Below, piece by piece: positions 12,639 through 23,899 of a stretch of DNA of 64,000 nucleotides. Position numbers and translations under genes: made by a program. Within the stretch, counting starts at the first letter, position 1; every line of letters begins with the position of its first letter. Below the pieces are notes generated by a model, which was not told the origin of the DNA, ran no database searches, and was given only the letters and a program-made list of their open reading frames with translations. This stretch comes from Paraspadella gotoi (lineage: Eukaryota > Animalia > Chaetognatha). The stretch covers positions 20,920,477 through 20,984,476 of the forward strand of contig CM119270.1 of the NCBI GenBank assembly GCA_051294375.1, given 5' to 3'.

Positions 12639-12759
12639 ATGGCAACTTTCAAGGGACACCGCAGCGCCTCTGGCTCAATGTCTCTGCCGATCATTCAACC
12701 GCTTTTCAAAAAGGATTTTTACCAAGAACTGGAGGACGACGAAATAGGTAAGGGAATGA

Positions 12760-12798
<39 letters not shown>

Positions 12799-13765
12799 CT
12801 GGTCATCTCCCACCTACTTCTCTACTCTCTCTCCTCTCGTCGGTCGTCTCTCTCATACCTCGCTCTCTCATACCTTCCTTTATTTGTGACATGACGTTTT
12901 CATTTTTTTTTTAAACATAATTCAATTTATTTATGTATATTAGCAGCTTTTAATATTTCTAAATCATTGACCTTTTGTTCACTCAACCCGCTTTATCGCT
13001 TCCCACTTATTCCGCCAGAGGCGTTGAACGGAATGAAGAAACAAAGGAGCGTCTTTCCTCCGCTTTGGACCCGCGAAGAAGTGAGCGGCAATGAGGCCCA
13101 AGGTATTGTAGCGGGCTTTGTCGAGGTTTCAGCCCGCAAATTAATCCTCGCTCATGACCAATAGGTACTGGATTCAATCCCAACCGAGTACCTACCCTTA
13201 GGGAAACGTGAAGACGGCCGTAAGCCGCCATGTGGGCGTGGCGACCCCCCAAAGCGTGGTTCCAAGCCGAGGACCCATTTGACAACCTCCTTAGCGCCTT
13301 ATCCACAGTAATAACACAGCTTTCAATCAAGACTCACTCACGATTGTATGTTTCCCCCCCCCCAACGACCTCTAGACATCCCATCGACGACGAACGCGTC
13401 CCCCTCCGCACAGACGACGACACCAGCGACCCCAACGAGCCCGCTTACGGACCCAGTGCCCGCAGCCCCGCGGCGGCCGCGGCGGACCGGCGGCCGCGGC
13501 GACCCGGCGGCCGCGGCGGACCCGCGCTCCAAGGGCGACCCAGCCGCGCCTCCCGGGCGGACCCGAATCGATCGGTCAAGTCTTGGCGAAGACTCGAACG
13601 CGTTGGACGACAACAACCACGCCAGCGACGGGGAAGAGGAAGAGGAAAAGGTCGAGGAAGAAGACGACGGAGAAACAAAGGCTTTTAAGACGAGTTTCCA
13701 TTGGGCGTCGATGGGCGTCAAGTGGGCGTTGCTCGTTTGCGCCATCGCGTCCGTGGCGTGAGTTG

Positions 13766-13817
<52 letters not shown>

Positions 13818-16531
13818 TTTAAATTTTATATCCAATTCTAATTACGATTCTAATTTGACTTCTAATTCTAATTCCAGTGGTAATCAAAATCCTAATTCCA
13901 ATTATAAATCTAATTCTAATCATGACACAACTAGGCTACCTGCGGTATCAATCCCAACCGAGTACCTACCCTTAGGGAAACGTTGAAGACGGCCGTAAGC
14001 CGCCTGTTGTGGGCGTGGCGACCCCCCAAAGCGTGGTCCAAGCCGAGGACCCATTTGACTAACCTCCTTAGCGCCTTATCCACAGTAATAACACAGCTTT
14101 CCATCAAAGACTCACTCACGATTGTATGTTCCCCCCCCCCCCAACGACCTCTTGACATCCCCATCGACGACGAACGCGTCCCCCTCACGCACAGGACGAC
14201 GACACCAGCGACCCCAACGCAGCGCCGCTTACGACCCAGTGGCCCGGCACCGGCCCCGCGGCGCGGCCGCGGCGGACCCGGCGGCCGCCGCGCGGACCCC
14301 GGCTCCAAGGGCGACCCAGCCGCGCCTCCCGGCGGCGGGGACCCGAATCGATCGGTCAAGTCTGGCGAAACTCGAACGCGAGTTGGACGACAACAACCAC
14401 GCACAGCGACGGGGAAGAGGAAGAAGGAAAAGGTCGAGGAAGAAGACGACGGAGAAACAAAGCTTTTAAGACGAGTTTCCATTGGGCGTCGATGGGCGTC
14501 AAGTGGGCGTTGCTCGTTTGCGCCATCGCGTCCCGTGGCGTGAGTTGTGGAGAGAGAGAGAGAGATGAGAGAGGAGGAGAGAGAGGAAGAGAGATGAGCA
14601 AGAGAGAGAGAAGAAGAGAGAGCAGAGAGAGACGATGAGAGAGAGAGAGTACGAGAGATGAGAGAGAGCATGAGCAGAAGATTAGAGAGAGAGAGAGCAG
14701 ATGGATTAAATTTTATATCCAATTCTAATTACGATTCTAATTTGACTTCTAATTCTAATTCCCAGTGGTAATCAAAATCCTTAATTCCAATTATAAATCT
14801 AATTCTAAATGTAATTTCAGTTAAATTCTAATCTTAATTCTCAATATTTCAATTCTATTTTTAATTTAAATATAATTTCAGTATTCAAATTATAAAGTCA
14901 ATTTCTAATTTCAATTCTAATTCGTGAATTCNNNNNNNNNNNNNNNNNNNNNNNNNAATACCTATTGGTCATTCCATCAAGATGACATCTTCTAATTTAT
15001 CATATGTGTTTTATTATTTTATATTTTTTGATTTTTTTCAAAGATTTGCTTCTGAAGCGACGCCCGACATAGAAATCGAAGATTGCGGATATTACAATAG
15101 ACCATGTAATGTTTAATAATGTAACATATTATATCGTGAATCAACCAATCAATTTAGCAATCAAACCTCAATAAATCAATACTTCCCCCCCCCAGCTTAC
15201 GCGAGCGCCTTTATATTCCTAATCATCGCCGAGATGATCGCTCTCATTTGGTCGCTGGCTTATCAACAGCTTCATCAACTGCAAGAATGGCTTCAGGCGA
15301 GACTGTTGAAGCTTTGGGTTTTACCGTTATCGATTTTTTGGCCCTTTTGGCGATTTGGTTAACCCAAAACGCCCCTTTTCATTTTATATTCGGAATTAAG
15401 TTAATTTTTAGATTTAAAGATAAAGTTAGAAATTGTGGTTAAGCCTTAGGGTTGAGAATCGGTTAATTGATTTAGGTTAGGGATTAGTTAATTAATTTGG
15501 GATAGGGATTAGGATTAAAGGTGAAGATTGGGATAAGGATTGGGTTAGAGATTGGGGTTTGAGATTGGGTTTGAGATAGGGGTTTAAGATTGGGTTTTAA
15601 GTTTGCAATCAGATTAGGGTTAAAATAGGGTTTATATTCAATTCAGGTATTGAATATAAACCCCACTTCCTCTCTCTCCCTCCCTCCTTCACCAGGCCCC
15701 TCAACGCCTGATGGACTGGATTCTCTGCCTGATCTTCTTCCTCCTCCACGTCATCGCTGTCGTCTGCTTCACAGTTTGGGTCAACGACAATCTCTCCTTC
15801 AACCTTCGTCTCTGTCAAATTCGTCCCGTTCCCGAAAACGATTGCCTCACTCGGGAGAATTGCGAGATTCTCAAGGTGTCGATGGGTCGATGGGTTTTAG
15901 CTGTTCAATCTCCGAGACGAGGATACCGTCGATTTTTTTTTTTTGCCGACTGTGAAGGACGAATTGACTTCAAGTCGAGTCTAAGAACTTCGGAACTGAC
16001 AGTGGTGCCGCAACTACTTGCATAAAGGACATAAACGTGAAAGCCTTGGGGTTGTAGAGAGCAGATGCAGTCTTCTGGGAATGTGACTCGATAGGCAGAG
16101 TAAACATAGTCGACATTCTACTTCGAATTTGATAGTAACCTAATCTTGTGGCGGAAGTATTAAGCCTGGCGATTTTCCGAAACTTTCGAGCCGGCTTGCC
16201 GGGTCGATTAACCCAGCTGCCCGCTGCCACCTATTTCACAATCTTCAAGTCTCGAATTCATCTTTTATAGGAAATTGAAAACAATAAAACAATTTTCTGT
16301 CCAATTCATCCAATATTTTTTTTCTTCATTTTAATCAATTTTTATTTAATTTTAAACAATCCTATTTCTCAGGACATGCACGCCATGGCCGTCGGTGCAA
16401 TCTTCTTTGCCACGATTGCTCTTTTGATGCTCATCTTTGCTCTATGCGCTCTCTCCTTCCTCATCTATCGGACGACGGGGAAAACTCAAGAAGCCAAAGA
16501 ATTGTATCAGAAAATGAAAGAATCGGAATGA
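12639..16531 (+). CDS. Four-transmembrane MARVEL-domain-like protein with long disordered N-terminus (~358 aa, 7 exons)
   Basis: Exons 12639-12747, 13019-13102, 13376-13757, 15044-15105, 15196-15296 (GC donor; or to 15317 with GT), 15696-15875 and 16373-16531 join in phase (1,1,2,1,0,0) without stops. Four hydrophobic segments: KWALLVCAIASVAFAS, SAFIFLIIAEMIALIWSLAY, LMDWILCLIFFLLHVIAVVCFTVW, MAVGAIFFATIALLMLIFALCALSFLIY. An in-frame TAA at 12609 precedes the ATG. The MARVEL assignment is inferred from topology and the Asp at the start of TM3. Confidence 0.75.
13143..13307 (+). mobile_element. Dispersed SINE-like repeat family, intronic copy
   Basis: ctcatgac..taggtac..cctaccc..gggaa(a/g)cgtga(a/g)gacg..cgtaa..tccaagcc..ggaccc is shared with 39410-39555 and in part with 28535-28722. 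The tail ttagcgccttatccaca is shared with the minus-strand copy ending at 62423. Confidence 0.6.
13946..14807 (+). repeat. Indel-rich direct duplicate of ~13175-13920, including exon 3 of the MARVEL-like gene
   Basis: Near-identical text with many 1-bp insertions that break the reading frame, shortly before the gap at 14932-14956. Confidence 0.85.
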
Positions 16532-16871
16532 ACAAAAGGGAATCGATGTTTTTTTTGCGGTCGTGGAATTTGGCCTTTTGGTGCCAATGGCGATTTCTTA
16601 CTCTTTTTACAATTGATTTTTGAATTTTCGCTATTTCGTATAATTTTTTTGTTTGTATGAGTGAATTTATTTGAATAAACAATAATGTCAACGCGATGTT
16701 CTGTTGATGTTCTGTTGATGTTCTGTTGATGTTCGGGAGTTTTCTTGTCGCTTGTGACAATGTAATATAATGTAATGTAATGTAATCAAAGCAACAGAAA
16801 GGAAATAAATTAACAAAAAGGCTACTGTATTGACCGAGATGATAGAAGGGCGTGGTGCCTCTACGTAATGT

Positions 16872-17949
16872 GGATAGCGCCCCCACTCAGCGTGCCCAGT
16901 GGATCTTGGAGATTTTTCGGACGGTTGCTTTGCTCGGCGAAACTCCGGATCCGGCGGGAGGCTTGCTTCCGCTCGGATCAATAAGCCCGTGACTTTTTTT
17001 CGCAGAAGACCCTTCCGACCAGGGACCCTGGAGGGTTCGTGGAGGGTTTTCCGGAGGGTTTCAGGACGGGTTTCGGAGGGTTTCGGAGGGGTTTTCGGGG
17101 GGCGGAGTGGAAGAGTATCGGAGGTGTTCCGAGAGGGTTTCGGATATTAGGTCGGAGGGACTTTTCGGAGGTTCGGGGGTTTTCGGAGGGTTCGGTCAGG
17201 GTTTCGTTGTGGTGGAAGGGTTGGTTTCAGGTCGGAGCGTCTCCGCGGGCGACGAGGGCGTTCGGGGTTCCGAGGTCGGAGTTTAGGCTCGGAGCGGTCG
17301 GAGTTTTCGAGGGAACGGAGGGGTTCGAGGGTGGTTGGAGGGTTCCGTACGGTCACGGAGGGAATTGGAGCTCCAGGCATCCTTGGGAAGTGGTGTTCGG
17401 ATAGGAGGGCCTGGGTTCGGAGGGCTTCCGGAGGGTTCGAGTTAGTGGAAAGTGTCGGAGCGGTTTTTCGGGTGAGGGTTTCTCGGAAGGGTTCGAGGGT
17501 TCGGAGGAGGGTTTCGAGGGTTTTTCGGAGGGGTTCGAAGGGTTTCGGTAGGGTTTTGTCGGAGGGTTTCGGAGGGTTTTTTCGGAGGGGTTTCGGAGGG
17601 TTCGTGAGGGTTGTTCCGGAGCGGGTTTCGGAGGGTTTTCGGTTAGGTTCTTTTGGAGGGTTTCGGAGGGTTCGGAGGGTTCGGAAGGGTTTCGGAGGGT
17701 TCTGGAGGTTTTTCGGATGGGTTCGGAGTGGTTTCGCGACGGGTTTCGGATAGTGTCGTTCGGGATGGGTTCGACTAGATGATGTGGGGATCGCGATTCC
17801 GGTAGAGCGTAAGGCGAAACACCTGTGATTGGAGCGCCGATTTTTTTTTTGAAAGAAACCCGAGAAACCGGGAGCAGCATAGAAAAATATTGTAGAATAA
17901 AAGGATTGAACCCGTGAAGCTATAATACACCTCTGACGTGGTGCTATCC
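16872..17949. mobile_element. TIR-bounded non-autonomous element containing a (TTCGGAGGG)-type satellite
   Basis: Left end GGATAGCGCCCCCACTCAGCGTG; right end read as reverse complement GGATAGCACCACGTCAGAGGTG. The interior at ~17030-17770 is a degenerate 9-10-mer array of ggagggtt(t)c. Confidence 0.5.
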
Positions 17950-18999
17950 TGGTCATATTTTGTTTTTATTGGTTTAGAATGAAAAGGTATTTAAAGTATT
18001 ATAAATCTATAGTAACCCCAGTCTCTTTCACTTGATGTTTCTCTTATTAATAATTTGTTTTTTTTTTTAATATATATTTTTCACATACTAAATTGTTGCT
18101 CCTTATTTTTTTTTTAATTCACTTTTCTTATTCTATTCTCTATTCTATTTATTCTTTTTAATTTTTTTATTCTCTTTTTCCTCTTTGGTCGAGAATCTAA
18201 TGAAAAAAATTACATATTTATTTTATTTAATTATTCTTTTTAAAATATATTCAAAATAAAAAATTTTTATTTTTTTTCTTTAAATTTTTTTATTTTTCTT
18301 TAAATTTAAGTCTCTTTTTTTAAATCCATACGTTTTCATGTTACAAACAAGTCTTAAACCAAAAGGATTAATCTGTTTTATTGGCAATATTGCATAATAT
18401 TATGTTTATTCATACTTAAATCTCTAATACAAACTCTTCTCTCTATCTCTTTCTTTTTTTCCCTCTTGCAATAAAACAAAAAGCAAATAAAAAAATATAT
18501 AAAATAAATAAATCAAAATTATACTAAACAAGTTTGAGCAAAACAATGCCGGATCGTGCCCACGATCATTAGCGGTAATTAATTGATTAATTAATTTTAA
18601 AAAAAATTATTTAATTAATTACATATTATTAATTAAAATAATAACATCGACATTTTGGGAGCCAAATGAATTTGAACAAAGACGACAACGACGATGAATA
18701 CAATGACGAAAAACGCGACGAAGTCTTTGTACTTGTGAGCCGTAGTACAGTAGTGGTCATATAAGAATGACCTGTTTACCCAACTTGTTTATGGCTGACC
18801 TTTTTTCTCAGCCAATGTAAATACTAGTTGTTGTTGTTATTATTTTTTCATTTTTACTTTTTTACTGTTTTTGAATAATACCAAGGTTTTCTTTATCCAA
18901 AAAACACGCCTCAAATTTTTTCTATAAATTTTTGTTTTGAGTCACCGCAAACATTATAAAAATATTTCAAGTTAATTTAATTTATGAGAAAGTAAAGAA

Positions 19000-19117
19000 G
19001 TTTTGAATTTGTAACAACGATTTTTAATTAATAGTTTGGACATTTTTGGGCTTGTTTACTTCAAGCCTTCATCAGCATATGACATTCATAATAAATTTGT
19101 GTAAAAGAAGAGTGTGT

Positions 19118-19148
<31 letters not shown>

Positions 19149-19340
19149 GGTAAAAGTTTTCCAACAAAGTGGTGAGACAGATGTGAGGACAGGTTGAAGG
19201 TAAGGGCAGATTGAGTGAGTTGTGAAAAGAAAGTGAAACTTGTTAAAGAGAGAGAGAGAGAGAGTGAGAGAGAGAAGAGAGAAACAAAACAACAGGGATA
19301 AATAAATAATAAAGATACATTTTTGCAATTGTACAACAAA
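19000..19340 (-). mobile_element. Hammerhead-bearing repeat, copy 2 (degenerate core at 19034-19080)
   Basis: Minus strand reads atatg-CTGATGA-A-GGCTTG-aagtaaa-CAAGCC-cAAAa-AT-GT-C-caaac. Flanks are collinear with 400-710. Confidence 0.6.
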
Positions 19341-20089
19341 TATAAAGGAGTTTAATTAATTAAATAATTAATGATGACAACCACGACAATGATTAATACC
19401 GAACGATGACAAATTGATTGATTGCTTAATTTTTTGATTGATTGATTGAATATTTGAATTTAATTGATTGAATAATTAATTAACTGATCAGTTCTGGCAT
19501 TGTAAGCTCAAACTTGTTTGTTTTTTTGTCTTTTCATTATGACAGGTAACTGACCAGGCCAAAAGCACAACGTCGTTGGAGATGACAATGATAACACTGA
19601 CATTGTTTGATTGATTGGATTAATTATTGATTAATTAATTAATTGGTTCTTTTAATAATTTATTGGATAAATAAATTTTATTAATTAGTTGATTGATAAA
19701 TTAAATTGATTATTTAATTGATTGATTGATAAAAAATTGATTCATTAATTTTTTTAAATGATTTTGATTGATTAGTTGTTTAGTTAATTGATTGATTGAT
19801 TAATTAATTGATTAATTGAATAATTATGCAGGTTGTATTTATATTTAATAAAAAAGAAAAAAGCAAATAAGGAAAAGGTGTTTTTTGTTTTTTTCATTTA
19901 AAACCATTCCACTCGAACGATTCTTACATCTTACAAATCTTACAATTTTTTCATAGTAAAAATTTCACTAGTTATTTGTTAACAAAAAGATTGTTTAAAA
20001 TTATTTTACAATGAATTACATGTCTAAAGAGAGTATTTTTATAAATAATAACAAATATAAAATTTTTCTAAGGAAGGAAGGCGATGTGC

Positions 20090-20320
20090 ACTCGAACGAG
20101 AAAGCGATCCGGGCTAAAAAGTAAGGATTGCACCCGAAAACGGGAGCGGGAGGGGTCTTGAAGCGCCGGATTGGCAGCGGCGGAAAAATCGATCGCTTCC
20201 ACATCTCTGGTTCGGCGGATTCGGAGGGTTCGGAGGGTTCGGAGGGTTTCGGAGGTTCGGAGGGTTCGAGGGTTCGAGGAATTCGGAGGGTTCGGAGGGT
20301 TCGGAGGGTTTCGGAGACGA
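20090..20320. repeat. Second (TTCGGAGGG)n array with flank related to the 16872-17949 element
   Basis: About 11 units of ttcggaggg at 20210-20316. Flank motifs aaggattg(c/a)acccg, cgggagc and gattgg..agcg also occur at 17826-17915. Confidence 0.7.
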
Positions 20321-22449
20321 CACGTGAGCCCAGTCGGAAATTACGTCAATACCAAATCTTTAAGAATCTTTAATAATTCTTTTGGGCAGGAGTTAACTAC
20401 GTTAGCAGTTAATAAGAGTTGAAGAATGGGGCGACGACATATGACGACGACGACAATCGAACGACGACGACAATGATGACGACGACGACACATGACGAGA
20501 CGGACGAGCGAAACGACGAGACGAAGATAAAGAAAACCTTGACGAGATCTATCACGACGTCTACGATGGCGTTAACGACGACGATGACGACGACGACGTC
20601 ACCAGACAATGACGACGACGACGACGACGACCAAAGATAACTTTATTCTATGACCCCAAAGTAGATTAGATTTCAGCCTAAAAAAAAAACCAAAAAACGA
20701 CGACAATTTCCGTCGCCGATATTGCCGGGTCGTCCTGCCGGTCCTGCCCGTCCTGCCGGTCCTGCCGGTGCAGCCAGTCTCGCCGATCTCACGGAGTCGA
20801 TTTTGCCGGTCATTCCGGTCTCGCCTGGTCACTCTCGGCATGAAGGTGTCTTGCTTATAGGCGGGGTGAAATTGTGCAATGCCCGACCACATTGCTTCTC
20901 TCCTCGTCGCCGAACGAAGTCAGACTCTGTGACCCATAATTGTCTCGTTCTCTATCGACGTCTCTGTCTCGAACGTCGTCTCTGTCTCTATCGTTCATCC
21001 CACTCCATCTCTGTTCCGCTTGCTGAGCCCAGAAATTAGGCTTTTTTTTTTTTGGAAGATATTGTGGCTCATGCATCAATGATCAATCATCATCATCATC
21101 AATCATATCATCATCAAATCATGCATCATGATCATCATGCATCATTCATTATCATCATAAACAATCAGACCAGCACTCTTCTCAACATATTTTTTCTTCA
21201 CAAAAGCGTGACTCAAAAAAAAAAAAATTCTGTCCGTAGTCGCCTCGAGACAAATCCTGACAGCTCACGCTCATTTGCATATTGGAGTGTCGGTTTTCCC
21301 TTTTTCCTTATTAGTTCTCAAAGCCAATCGGAATCGACAAAAGCCAATTTGGGGGGAAAAGAAAATTGAGAGGAAATTGAAGACGACGTCACAATCGGTC
21401 GTAGTTGTCCTTCCAAGTTTTGTTTTTTTTTGTTTTTTGTTTTTTGTTTTTTGTTTTTTTTTCCAATAACAAAAAAAGGTAAATGTGATACCACTGCATA
21501 GTTATGGAAACCAGGCACTTTGGGAGGAATAAACGAGACTGTGAGAGAGTCTTGATTGAAAGCTTGCAGTGACTTGCTACTATGTTATTAGAGTGTAAGA
21601 GGGATAAAGGCCTCAACGCACCATGGCCTATTCAAAGTCAGGGGCAAGATGGCTTATTTATTAAGTGAATCGTTAAGTTTTTTACTGGTTGTACCAATTT
21701 AATGAAAACAAATAAATGAAACGCTGTTGTGACCCTTAAAGGTCACGGCCCCTGATTTGGAATATATACCAGTGAATGATGAGATGAGATAGCAAAGGTA
21801 ATCATTTCTCGTTTCTCACGCGATTATATTTCTTGTTAATCGCGTGATATGATGGAAAGCGCGTGATCATTTATCTGACCTCACGAATTAAATTCACATC
21901 TCATCGTAAATAATCTATCTCTTTTTAATTGCGCATTGATATAATAAAAAAAAATTATAAATCTTTCGAAAACTAAAACTAAACCCCTTTGGCGAAACCC
22001 TAAGCTCTTTCTTTGATTAGCCCAGAATTATCTGTCATCGCTCGACTCATTTATTTCCCTTTTGTTTTTATGTTTTTTCCCAAATATTTGCGAAAGTCGT
22101 TACAACAACAACATCAACAACAACAATTACAACAACAACATCAAATGTTAGGGTTTACGTCCGTAATAAAATGTTGACGTCATAAATAAAGATTTGATTC
22201 CATGAATTATATTTTACGTGTCTAATTAAAATTAACGTTAAACATATCATTATCCCTTGATTATAGCCACAAACTATCTTTTTCGGATTCCACAATGATT
22301 GAAAAAACCACAGAAAGCCCACAATAGCATTTCCTCTGCGCCTCCCCATTTATTCACTCACTTTAACCTAAATGGCGGCGACTTTCACTTCACAATCATC
22401 TCCTTTCACCACAACTACCCAATTTCCATCCAAGGGTCGATCCTCCGCC

Positions 22450-22980
22450 AATCTTATGTTCTCCTTCTCATCCCTGCCGCTTCGTGGTTCATCTTATATT
22501 CTCCTGCTCATCCTCTGTCCAACTTTATGTTCTCGCTTCCTCAATCCGCCGCTCGCATAATAATGTTCTCGCTCTCATCCTTGGCCGCCATCTTATGTTC
22601 TCGCTTCTCAATCCTCCGTCCATGCTTATGTTCTCCTTCTCATTCTCTGTCCATCATAATGTTTCCTTCTCGATCCGCTGCCGCCCCATCCTTATTGTTC
22701 TTCGTTCTCATCCCTGGCCGTCCATCTTATGTTCTTCGGCTTCTCATCGGCGCCTCTGTCGCATCTTATGTTCTCGCTTCTCATCACTTGGGCGGCGCCG
22801 TCCGATAATATGTTCTCCGTACATCTTATGTTCTCGCTTCTCATNNNNNNNNNNNNNNNNNNNNNNNNNTTCTCATCCCTCCGTCCATCTTATGTTCTCC
22901 TTCTCATCCCTCTGTCCATCTTATGTTCTCCTTCTCATCCCTCCGTCCATAATATGTTCTCCTTCTCATCCCTCCGTCCA
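22450..22980. repeat. 31-bp minisatellite (atcttatgttctccttctcatccctccgtcc)
   Basis: Roughly 15 or more diverged tandem units interrupted by gaps. An inverted copy lies at ~34480-34860. Confidence 0.9.
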
Positions 22981-23363
22981 NNNNNNNNNNNNNNNNNNNN
23001 NNNNNNNNNNNNNNNNNNNNNNNNNNNNNNNNNNNNNNNNNNNNNNNNNNNNNNNNNNNNNNNNNNNNNNNNNNNNNNNNNNNNNNNNNNNNNNNNNNNN
23101 NNNNNNNNNNNNNNNNNNNNNNNNNNNNNNNNNNNNNNNNNNNNNNNNNCACCACGTGAAAACAAGCGCAGCGGAATCCTGTCGGGTTGTCGGCCAAATT
23201 TATGGGCAAGCTTTGGTCGAGACGATGAGCGCCGACCAAGCAGCGAGTTTCTAATATTTGTCAAATCTTAGAAAATGATTCGTTTAAAAAAAAACTATCC
23301 AGATATTAGTTACTAATTTAGTAGCTAGGTTTAGAAATTCGTTCTGCACATTGGCAATTGATA

Positions 23364-23427
23364 CTAATGGGGCGTGAACCCAAGACCGCTTGGTCGCAAG
23401 AGAGAATGTTCCATCTGTTATTCGGAG
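23364..23427 (-). mobile_element. Degenerate tRNA-derived SINE head / tRNA-like fragment
   Basis: The minus strand has A-box-like TAACAGATGG and B-box-like GGGTTCACGCCCC at tRNA-like spacing. No good acceptor stem. Confidence 0.35.
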
Positions 23428-23808
23428 TGTCAAAATTCACATTTGAAAAAGATGGGATGAATTGCCTTTAAAAGACATTTCACAACGTGAAAGGAAATAC
23501 CATTATTTCATGAAATCAAAATAATTTGCATATCTCACAAGATGTGATTAGTATTAGAAAAAGTATAGTTAAATCATATGAATCATATGAGTTTAGTTTT
23601 AAAACAACGTTGACCCTCTTTCTGTCGCCATCGGTTGTCGGCTTGTCGACGCGTCGGCCCAAACGAGGCGTAAAAAAAAAAAAAAAAAAAAAAACCGAGA
23701 CGCGAAAATCTAAAAAAAAAGTTGCGAGTCGCGTTGGTATAAAAGGAGAGAAATTTCGTCGAGACGAGCAGACGGAAATTTGCGGGAGAATTTCCACCAC
23801 AGATGGAA

Positions 23809-23899
<91 letters not shown>

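Noticed and set aside
16815-17000. U11 snRNA or RNase MRP similarity (aaaaaggctactg; cacgggcttatt on minus)
   Set aside because: Only short partial matches; the other conserved elements, such as an Sm site in position or the CR-I motif, are missing.
17147-17956. Pro-rich ORFs on both strands
   Set aside because: They are translations of the TTCGGAGGG satellite.
20720-20830. Collagen-like Gly-X-Y stretch
   Set aside because: A short 9-bp repeat (cctgccggt) whose Gly periodicity changes frame; no convincing splice sites.
22450-22980. CRISPR-like appearance of regularly spaced repeats
   Set aside because: The units are head-to-tail 31-bp variants without unique spacers, there are no cas genes, and the context is eukaryotic.
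23364-23427. Functional tRNA gene
   Set aside because: The boxes are degenerate and there is no cloverleaf; kept only as a low-confidence SINE head.
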